Part shown: positions 36,832 through 43,935 of the stretch, one piece after another
Layout: each line of letters opens with the position of its first letter
Numbering within the stretch: the stretch's first letter is position 1
Source: Vicinamibacterales bacterium
Lineage (GTDB): Bacteria; Acidobacteriota; Vicinamibacteria; Vicinamibacterales; UBA2999
Assembly: GCA_035649635.1 (NCBI GenBank)
Contig: DASRJE010000208.1
Span: forward strand, 1 to 64,000
Reading direction: 5' to 3'
DNA length: 64,000 bases
Position numbers and translations under genes: made by a program
Notes under the pieces: model-generated
Seen by the model: the letters and a program-made list of their open reading frames with translations, nothing else
The model's database searches: none
Told to the model about the DNA's origin: nothing

Positions 36832-38262
36832 GTGCCGGCTACGCTCGCGCTCATCGACGGCGTGCACATCGACACGTCCGAATCGGTGACGCGTATCTTG
36901 GGCCCGGGCGTCGACCTCGTGCTGGACCGGCCCTCCGCCCAAGATCTGAAAACACTTCGACGGCTCGTCTTGGGACGAAGCTCGCACAGCGCGCTCACGA
37001 CCCGCACCATCGCTCACGGCGGGCTCGCGGGGTTACGCCGGTTCTACGAGCTGCTTGCCGAGTTGATCACACGGGGCTGGCTGATCGAGCGTGTCGTTGA
37101 CGGCACGGCTGCGATCGTCAGCGCGATCCCGTTGACCGATGACTATTCATGGAACGACGGGTCGAACGGTGATCGGGAAGGCACACTCTCGCGCTTTGCG
37201 TTCATGCGACGCGTCGGTGCGCAGATGGTGCTCGAATCGCCAACCGCGCGTGCACAAATCGTCCTGCATGACTGGCGAGTACTCTTCCTGCTGTGGCAAC
37301 TCTCGCGTTCCCGCCCGCGTTCGCGCGCCGGCACGCCGGGAGCCGGATTGCCTCGATCTGTGATCCGCGCCGTTCGCGGCATGCTCTGGAGCGCCGGGTT
37401 CCTCGTGACCGGAAATGACGGACCCGATGCAGGAGAGCCCCCAAAACTGTTCTTCTGGGAGTTTCATGATCTGCTGTTTCATAGTCGATCGCGCCTTGGC
37501 CGGCATCACAATCCGTATGGGGCAACCTATCCCTTCGAAGGTCGCGTGCCGATGCCGCCGGTGTTCAGACCTCGCGACCGCCGCACGCGCATCCGCTTGT
37601 TCAGGCCCGACGTCACGCGACTTCGTCGCACCGATTGGACGCTCACGCGCGCGCTCGAGGCGAGGCGATCGCAAAGAGACCACAGCGATTCACCGATCAC
37701 ACGACGGGAACTTGGCGAGTTTCTCTTCCGATCAGCGGCCGTCAGATCCGCCCGACCACACGATCGTTATGCCGCCAGTGTGCGCGTTTACCCGAGCGGC
37801 GGCTCGGTGTATTCGCTGGAATTGTATATAGCGGTCCGGCTGTGTGCGGGCCTGGCACCTGGGCTGTATCACTACGTTCCCGAGCGACATGCGCTCTCTC
37901 GAGTGAGCTCGTTGACGGTTCCCGTCCGGTCACTCCTCGACAGCGCCGGTCGCGCGGTCCGCGCCGCGCAACCGCAGTTGCTCATTCTCATCGCTGCTCG
38001 ATTCCCGCGTGCCGCGTGGAAGTACTCGTCGATTTCTTACTCCCTCGTCCTGAAAGAGGTCGGAGCGCTGATGCAGACGATGTATCTCGTGGCCACGGCG
38101 ATGGGACTTGGCGCGTGCGCGCTTGGCGGGGGCGATTCCGATCTATTCGCGAAGGCGGCCGGAATGGACTACTACGCCGAAGGCTCAGTCGGCGAGTTCA
38201 TTCTCGGCCGTCTTCCACGATTCGCCGGAGCGCGCAGGCTTCAGCCTGGGCGGAAATTATGA
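36832..38262 (+). CDS. SagB-type (McbC/ThcOx-like) FMN-dependent dehydrogenase with ~250-aa N-terminal extension
   Basis: GTG start 3 nt after the kinase stop. The C-terminal 200 aa match the SagB-type dehydrogenase pattern: RRSQR..., YPSGGSVYSLELYIAV, GLYHYVP, RAAWKYSSISY, KEVGALMQTMYLVATAMGLGACALGG, EGSVGEFILG. Confidence 0.8.
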   Translation: MPATLALIDGVHIDTSESVTRILGPGVDLVLDRPSAQDLKTLRRLVLGRSSHSALTTRTIAHGGLAGLRRFYELLAELITRGWLIERVVDGTAAIVSAIPLTDDYSWNDGSNGDREGTLSRFAFMRRVGAQMVLESPTARAQIVLHDWRVLFLLWQLSRSRPRSRAGTPGAGLPRSVIRAVRGMLWSAGFLVTGNDGPDAGEPPKLFFWEFHDLLFHSRSRLGRHHNPYGATYPFEGRVPMPPVFRPRDRRTRIRLFRPDVTRLRRTDWTLTRALEARRSQRDHSDSPITRRELGEFLFRSAAVRSARPHDRYAASVRVYPSGGSVYSLELYIAVRLCAGLAPGLYHYVPERHALSRVSSLTVPVRSLLDSAGRAVRAAQPQLLILIAARFPRAAWKYSSISYSLVLKEVGALMQTMYLVATAMGLGACALGGGDSDLFAKAAGMDYYAEGSVGEFILGRLPRFAGARRLQPGRKL

Positions 38263-38302
38263 CCGGGGCTGAAGCCCCGCGCTCCTCTGTACCGAAACCA
38301 CT

Positions 38303-38641
38303 TCAGAAACAGCAGTAGTGTTCTCTCGGTCCACGCATGATGCCCCAGCGCTCTCGCAGGTGGTCCGCCATTTCCTCGTAGGTGAATACGAACTCCGGAT
38401 CGAATTCCCTGGCGATGTCGAGGATCCTGGAATTGTGTGCGGCAATCCTCGCCTGCAAGTCCGCGTTGGTCTCGACTGCGGTGAAGAACCGGGAGACCGG
38501 TGAGTCGTCTGGAACGAACGCCACCAGTCCGACCGGCGCAGTCCTGCGCGCAGCCTTTCTCTTCGCAGTCTTCTTCGCGGCTTTCTTCACTGACCTCTTC
38601 GTGGATTTCTTGGCAGCCTTCTTCGCGGACTTTTTCGCCAT
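38303..38641 (-). CDS. Candidate RiPP precursor: Lys-rich N-terminal tail, Nif11-like leader-type domain, C-terminal ...HYCCF
   Basis: 112 aa. Residues 2-33 are AKKSAKKAAKKSTKRSVKKAAKKTAKRKAARR (AAG-rich, visible in the DNA as cttcttcgc runs). Residues ~48-92 (VSRFFTAVETNADLQARIAAHNSRILDIAREFDPEFVFTYEEMADHL) fit the Nif11 pattern. It ends RGPREHYCCF. Lies 37 bp downstream of the YcaO gene on the same strand. Confidence 0.55.
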   Translation of the reverse strand: MAKKSAKKAAKKSTKRSVKKAAKKTAKRKAARRTAPVGLVAFVPDDSPVSRFFTAVETNADLQARIAAHNSRILDIAREFDPEFVFTYEEMADHLRERWGIMRGPREHYCCF

Positions 38642-38677
38642 GACGCCTCCTCGCGCGAGGGTGATTATCGCCGAGTG

Positions 38678-40846
38678 TCAAATGACGATGTGAAAATTGT
38701 TCATCTGACCTTCAGTCCGGGACGTCCGGCGCCACCCCAGGGCGACCGGTACGTCGTACAGCCGGCCGGGTGCGAATCGAGGCCAGAAATGACGAAGGCC
38801 CGGCACAATCACTCGAACGACCGGTAGACCAACATCCTTTCGCGTCTGATCGAGGACGAGCGTCTCCATGCCACACCGGTGAGCGGCGGTCACACATGCC
38901 ATCACCGCGTCCCGGATGTCCGTGTAGATGGCGTCCTGAAAGTTCCGCCGGTCGCGAACGGCGGTCTGCCTGGTGCGCCTCAGGAACCGACCGAGGCCCG
39001 AACGTCGGTGACTGAAACTTGGTCCCGCGACGCCCAGGTGCACTCCGCTGCGCCATTGATTCAGCTCGGTGATGGCACGGGCGATCGCCGTGCTGGCGTC
39101 GAGATGCGCGCCGAAGCCGAGGAGCAGTTCGCCGGTTCCGCGTTGGAGTCCCTCGGAAACCGCCGCGAAAACGGGTATGCCGAGATCGGTCGTCAGGTCG
39201 TGGACGGTGAGCGAGCGGCCGTTCCTGGCATAATCGCGCACCATTCGCCGAAAGAACGGATTCGAAAAGGTGGCGAGATCGACCGTGGGTCTCGCAAGCT
39301 CGTTGTACCACCAGATCGCGACCGCGTCCCGTTCGACCAGCTCCAGGAAGCCCTGCAGAATGGCCTCTTCCAGGCTGTTGCCGGCCGCGCAGCCGTTCGA
39401 GTTGGCGCGACTGCATCGCTCCGCTTCAGGTGCGCGATAGCCAAAATAGCAGTAGGCCGTCGGCACGTAACGGATTGTGTCGTGGCTGAGCGACCACACA
39501 GGCGTCCAGTCGATTTCCTGCTGGCGGTCGAGAAGTCGGGGAACCCAGCATTGCGGCAATGCACGAGCATTCCAGGCGTCGCGCTCCTCGAACTGCAACT
39601 CGCTGAATGCGGCGCACGCGTTGGGATGAATGGCTTGTCCGCCCAGGGCGTCGTACGACGTCCGTACCCGTGTTTCGATGCCGCGAAAGATTCCTGAATA
39701 CCGTTCGAGCGCTTCGCACAGGGCGCTGGCCCTTGCCTGGGCTCGCCCGATGCCTTTCCCCGAGCTGAGACGACGGCCAGTTGGGAATGGCTCGGTCTCC
39801 GACGCCAGGAACACGTGCTCGGCGGAATACAGCTCCAACCCGCGTGATGCCGTCGTCCTCCGGGTAATTCGCGTGATGATGCCCGTCCACCTGCTGATGT
39901 GATGCCTGTAGCGACTGAACGTCTTGTGGGGCGGCACCGCGCGCCAACCACCGTCAGAGAACGCGGCTCTCGGCCGTCGCGTAAGTACGATTCGCGGATC
40001 CGGTAATGACGTTCCGCCTTCCGAACTGGCTACTGGCGGCGCGCACCGTGGACAGCCTGGCTGCGGGACCACGAGGTGAGCGCTGGATCGCCACAACCGA
40101 GGATCGAGCGCAATCATCGTCCCGATCCGAGTCAACGGTTGCAGTAAGGTGTTGGACGGGGCGCGAAGCTGATTGTGCCGGATGCGAAGTGTCTTCAAAT
40201 CGACGGGATCGCTCGCGAGTCCGCCCGACGATTCCAGCCATGTGTGTGCGGGTCGGTTGGCCCGGATTCGTGCGAGCACACAATCCCAGCATGGTGTCGA
40301 CGGGGGATGCACGAGCGGACCCACCCAGATGACTGTGCCCATGGGCTTGACAGGCAGCCAGGCACGATTGGCGCGTGCGGCTTTTTTCGCGAAATCGGAG
40401 ACGTCGCGACGAAGGTACTCATCGGTCAGGACGACCTCCACGTCGCCGTTGCGACGTGGCGCGAGCCCGAGCTTGTCCAGGACATCGATTGTGGCGGCGT
40501 TCGCCGCGTTACGAGTTCCCTCACGCGTGCGCCGACGGCCATCGACGAGGTGACCGGATCGATGGAGGATCGCGAGCGATGCGAGTACCTCGGCGACGCT
40601 TGCTGAACCTCGCAGTTCCTGAACGATGTCCATCACCGACCGCGTGCCATCGAGCAGGGGCGCCAGGCGAGGGAAGATCGGCCCCTCGAGGGGCCACGAC
40701 TCCACGTCTGACAGCAGCACCGCCCGTGAAGAATCGATGCTGGCCACGGTGAGGTGCGGCCTCAGTTGCGGAAACGACGACTGGCCGCGCTTCACCGCAT
40801 CGCGTCCAGGGTGGTCTTCAACGGCTCGCGGCTTTCGAGTGCCCAC
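38678..40846 (-). CDS. Fused TOMM cyclodehydratase: E1-like/ocin-ThiF-like leader-binding domain plus YcaO domain (C-D fusion)
   Basis: N-terminal ~300 aa carry the PCWDC motif and docking-domain features. The YcaO core reads GKGIGRAQARASALCEALERYSG...SNGCAAGNSLEEAILQGFLELVERDA. 722 aa. Confidence 0.85.
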   Translation of the reverse strand: MGTRKPRAVEDHPGRDAVKRGQSSFPQLRPHLTVASIDSSRAVLLSDVESWPLEGPIFPRLAPLLDGTRSVMDIVQELRGSASVAEVLASLAILHRSGHLVDGRRRTREGTRNAANAATIDVLDKLGLAPRRNGDVEVVLTDEYLRRDVSDFAKKAARANRAWLPVKPMGTVIWVGPLVHPPSTPCWDCVLARIRANRPAHTWLESSGGLASDPVDLKTLRIRHNQLRAPSNTLLQPLTRIGTMIALDPRLWRSSAHLVVPQPGCPRCAPPVASSEGGTSLPDPRIVLTRRPRAAFSDGGWRAVPPHKTFSRYRHHISRWTGIITRITRRTTASRGLELYSAEHVFLASETEPFPTGRRLSSGKGIGRAQARASALCEALERYSGIFRGIETRVRTSYDALGGQAIHPNACAAFSELQFEERDAWNARALPQCWVPRLLDRQQEIDWTPVWSLSHDTIRYVPTAYCYFGYRAPEAERCSRANSNGCAAGNSLEEAILQGFLELVERDAVAIWWYNELARPTVDLATFSNPFFRRMVRDYARNGRSLTVHDLTTDLGIPVFAAVSEGLQRGTGELLLGFGAHLDASTAIARAITELNQWRSGVHLGVAGPSFSHRRSGLGRFLRRTRQTAVRDRRNFQDAIYTDIRDAVMACVTAAHRCGMETLVLDQTRKDVGLPVVRVIVPGLRHFWPRFAPGRLYDVPVALGWRRTSRTEGQMNNFHIVI

Positions 40847-40910
40847 TCGGATCCTTGGTGTCTTCGTTGAACCTGTTCCGCACGGCGAGGAGATCGCAGC
40901 AACGGCTCTC

Positions 40911-41112
40911 CTCAGTGTCAGGCAGTGAATCGTGAACGACGCGATTGTCCGCTAAACGGTGTCAGGCAGTGAATCGTGAAGGCGCGATTGTCCGCTAAAC
41001 GGTGTCAGGCAGTGAATCGTGAACGTGAACCGTGAACAGGCAGGGCAACGGCTCTCCTCGACGGCTCTCTTCGGTGTCAGGCAGTGAATCGTGAAAGGTG
41101 AATCGTGAACGT
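40911..41112 (+). repeat. Tandem array (4 full plus partial copies) of a ~23-bp element GTGTCAGGCAGTGAATCGTGAAC with 20-21-bp near-identical spacers, 65-265 bp upstream of the YcaO gene start
   Basis: Copies at 40915-40937, 40959-40980, 41002-41024 and 41074-41095, plus GTGAAC partial repeats. Spacers gacgcgattgtccgctaaacg and ggcgcgattgtccgctaaacg. Confidence 0.8.
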
Positions 41113-41610
41113 TATTGCGGCCAGGACCCCGGTCGGCCGTGACAACCAAATCCCAACCCGCTGGAGACGTCCGGCCTGGGCCCCGGCTCACTTCTTACTG
41201 ACGGTAGAGGGCGCCACCGCCAGAAATATCGCGATGTCAGCGGCTGTAGCTACCGAAGGCTGCACGACGACATGAGCTCGCGTCGCAAGCGCAGCGCCGC
41301 GCCGCCAGCTGTACACTTTCGCCCTCGGCTAGCAGGGTGCCGTCGATGACGTGGAACGTGAAGCGCGTGAGTCGGACGCGGCGTAACGACTCCGAGATCC
41401 ACGACGCCCAAGACGCTGGGCGTCAATTCCTTGGGAAACACACACGTTGACCTCGTCCTGGTGACCTCGACGTCAGGCAGAGTTCGGCGATCTTCTCCAC
41501 ACTCTTGGAATTGTGGCCGCCCGGCATGCCTCAGACTATCTCGCGGAGCCTCGGCAGGTTCAGGTCAAGGCGGTGTGGTTCATCCTTGGCAAGGATGTCG
41601 ATTGATTCAG

Positions 41611-41635
41611 CGTTCACGATTCACTGCCTGACACC
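41611..41635 (-). repeat. Dispersed copy of the same element in inverted orientation (CGTTCACGATTCACTGCCTGACACC) downstream of the PQQ dehydrogenase
   Basis: 25/25 identity to the reverse complement of the array unit. Confidence 0.7.
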
Positions 41636-41710
41636 AAACCGTCAGGATCAGTCGGATGGCTGCCGCCACGACAGCCCAGGATCCGCAGTCCGACTGCGGT
41701 GGCGTCCCTT

Positions 41711-43831
41711 CTATTCGACGATGATCTGAGCATACGCCCAGGGATGCTCTTTGCAGGTGTAGACGTAGGTGCCCGGTCGATCGAATTTCACGCCGGCGAC
41801 ACCGGCGGGATCGATCGGACCCGTGGACCATGAACCGTCGTCGGCCTCGGCCGAGTGGATCATGGTGCCGTTGTTGCGCCATGTGACGGTCGTGCCCACC
41901 GCAATCTTTGCGCGGTACGGATTGAACTGGTACTCGTCGGTCATGAAACGCGCGCCGGTGAAGGCGTTGTCCCGTTGCAGGGCCGCGGTCTCAATCTGCG
42001 TCGTTTCGGTAACCATGCCGGTGAAGAGCTCCGGCTCGCGCGGCGCCGGCGGCCCCGGTCGTGGTGCCATCGTGCCCCCGAGCTTGAATGCCCAGACATT
42101 CGTGCTGGTCACGAGCGAGACGAACTGCTCGCCGTCGAGTTCGAACGACGCCGCTGGTCCTCCAGCGGGAGCGCCGGTCTGGAACTGCCACACGATCTCG
42201 CCAGTCCTGGCATCGTGCGCGCTGAAGTGTCCGTCCGGCGCAGCGTGAAACAGCAGCCCCCCGGCCGTGGTCAGTACACCGCTCGGGCGGCCGGCACCTG
42301 ACGGGAACTCGCGGCGCCAGACGATCTTGTGCGTCTCGCCATCGATTGCCGCCATCACGAACGTCTCGAACCGATCGATCCCGGGCACGCGATTGCTGAA
42401 GGCGGTGCTGAAGAAGTACCCATCTTCGGCTCGGCGGAGCCAGCGCAGCGAACGTTCCCCGACGGCGTAGAAGTACCCGGTCTGCTGGCTGTAGGACATC
42501 GGCGCGACGCGCATCCCGTAATACGGCATCAGCACGTTCGGCTTGTCGATCGACACCGCCTGGTAGTAGCAGCCAACCTCGAAGCCTTTCGGCATGGTCT
42601 GCGTCTTCCGCCACCAATCGCAGTCGGGAAGGACGCCTTCGGCACCGGCAGGGAAGGGCTGCGTTGCGGCGGTTTTCTGAAAGCGGTCCTGCGGGACCTT
42701 GCGCTCCTCGATCTTCATCAAGGGTTTGCCAGTGACTCGATCGAACGTGAACACGTAGCCATCGGGCCGAATGGCACCGATCGCCTTCACCGTCCTGCCG
42801 CCCACCTGTGCGTCGTACAACACGGGTGAGATAGACATGTCGGCTTCCCAGATATCGTGGCGGATCGTCTGGTAGTGCCACTTCAGTTTGCCCGTCTTCA
42901 TGTCGAGGGCAACGATCGAGCAGATGAAGAGGTTGGTGCCCTCGCGATGCTCACCGGAGAGCTGAGGTACGCCGTTGCCGGTGACGTAGTAGAAGAGGCC
43001 GGACTCTTCGTCCGCGACGCCCGTCAGCCAGAGGGCGCCACCGCCGAACTTCCACTGGGCGGTCTTGGGCCATGTCTCGCTGCCTGGCTCTCCGGGAGCG
43101 GGCACCGCGAACCAGCGCCAGACCTCGCGTCCCGTCTTGCCATCGAGTCCGACGACCTGTCCGCGCCAGCCGTTGTCGGCGCTCAATCCGACCGAGACGA
43201 TACCGCCCGCGTAGACGGGCGCACCGGCGATTCCCTGCCCTTTGTCCCGTGCATCCTCGCCAACGTACTTGTTCCACACGAGCTCGCCGGTGTCGTCGCG
43301 GAGCGCGATGACCCGCGCGTCGGACGTCCCGACAAAGACAAGACCATCGCCGATTGCAACACCTTCGCGGTCGGGTGCGCCCATCCGTGGCGCACCGGCG
43401 GCGGAGCCGCCGCGCGCACCACCGCCGCCGGCCGTGAAGCGCCAGACGGTCTTGCCGGTCCTCGCGTCGATCTTCACGACGTTGGGCGGGGCGGTGAAAT
43501 ACATCATGCCGTTCTTCACGACCGTCATCGATCGCGAATTCGCGGGCGGAGTCAGCCGGTCCGACATCCACACGGCACCGAGCCGCGACACAGTCTGCGT
43601 GTTGATCTGATTCAGGGTGGAGTAGCGATTTCCCAGATCGCCCATGACGGTCGACCATTCGCGGCCGCTGGATGGCGCCGGACCGGATTGGACGGAGACC
43701 GTCACGGGAATCGTAAGAGCCGCGGCGACGGCGGCCGTGAGAATCCACGCCGCGCGTCCGCGCGCACGCCATCGCCCAACTGTTCGTTCGCAGCGACTAG
43801 TGAGTACGTGGCTCAGCCTACGAAATGTCAC
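41711..43831 (-). CDS. PQQ-dependent dehydrogenase (eight-bladed beta-propeller) with C-terminal cupredoxin-like domain
   Basis: Signal-like N-terminus. PQQ propeller repeats throughout. The last ~100 aa (VGTTVTWRNNGTMIHSAEA...GTYVYTCKEHPWAYAQIIVE) show a cupredoxin-like His...Cys-x2-His arrangement. Exact start uncertain. Confidence 0.8.
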   Translation of the reverse strand: MTFRRLSHVLTSRCERTVGRWRARGRAAWILTAAVAAALTIPVTVSVQSGPAPSSGREWSTVMGDLGNRYSTLNQINTQTVSRLGAVWMSDRLTPPANSRSMTVVKNGMMYFTAPPNVVKIDARTGKTVWRFTAGGGGARGGSAAGAPRMGAPDREGVAIGDGLVFVGTSDARVIALRDDTGELVWNKYVGEDARDKGQGIAGAPVYAGGIVSVGLSADNGWRGQVVGLDGKTGREVWRWFAVPAPGEPGSETWPKTAQWKFGGGALWLTGVADEESGLFYYVTGNGVPQLSGEHREGTNLFICSIVALDMKTGKLKWHYQTIRHDIWEADMSISPVLYDAQVGGRTVKAIGAIRPDGYVFTFDRVTGKPLMKIEERKVPQDRFQKTAATQPFPAGAEGVLPDCDWWRKTQTMPKGFEVGCYYQAVSIDKPNVLMPYYGMRVAPMSYSQQTGYFYAVGERSLRWLRRAEDGYFFSTAFSNRVPGIDRFETFVMAAIDGETHKIVWRREFPSGAGRPSGVLTTAGGLLFHAAPDGHFSAHDARTGEIVWQFQTGAPAGGPAASFELDGEQFVSLVTSTNVWAFKLGGTMAPRPGPPAPREPELFTGMVTETTQIETAALQRDNAFTGARFMTDEYQFNPYRAKIAVGTTVTWRNNGTMIHSAEADDGSWSTGPIDPAGVAGVKFDRPGTYVYTCKEHPWAYAQIIVE

Positions 43832-43858
43832 AGATCCAGCCTCGTATTCATGTCGTAG

Positions 43859-43926
43859 CGTTCACGATTCACTGCCTGACACCAGGAGCGCACCAGGAGC
43901 GCATTCACGATTCACTGCCTGACACC
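43859..43926 (-). repeat. Two more inverted-orientation copies of the element, separated by a duplicated CAGGAGCGCA motif, in the PQQ dehydrogenase promoter region
   Basis: 43859-43883 and 43904-43926 read directly. They sit between the stop of the 43936..46080 gene and the start of the PQQ dehydrogenase gene. Confidence 0.7.
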
Positions 43927-43935
43927 AGGACGCGA

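Noticed and set aside
38712-39951. ORFs 38712..39416 (-), 38879..39697 (+), 39193..39951 (-) inside the YcaO gene
   Set aside because: Alternate-frame or antisense artefacts. The YcaO frame carries all the diagnostic motifs.
40911-41112. Possible CRISPR array (23-bp repeats with 20-21-bp spacers)
   Set aside because: Only two intervening spacers, differing at a single base. No cas genes. Repeat copies also occur singly and inverted elsewhere. It behaves as a tandem/dispersed repeat, not CRISPR.
40952-41191. 79-aa ORF containing FTIHCLTP twice (cyanobactin-like multi-core precursor?)
   Set aside because: The peptide repeats are a translation artefact of the DNA repeat. The 43-bp unit is not a multiple of 3, so successive copies fall in different frames and the ORF terminates inside the array. 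The same element occurs in non-coding contexts. Kept only as a caveat in the repeat finding.
41250-41640. Short ORFs (41250..41441 -, 41431..41631 +, 41505..41729 +) between the repeat copies
   Set aside because: No domain similarity, poor starts and inconsistent frames. Treated as non-coding or decayed sequence rather than genes.
42951-43772. 273-aa and 333-aa ORFs overlapping the PQQ dehydrogenase
   Set aside because: Arg-rich alternate frames of a gene with a clear propeller signature.
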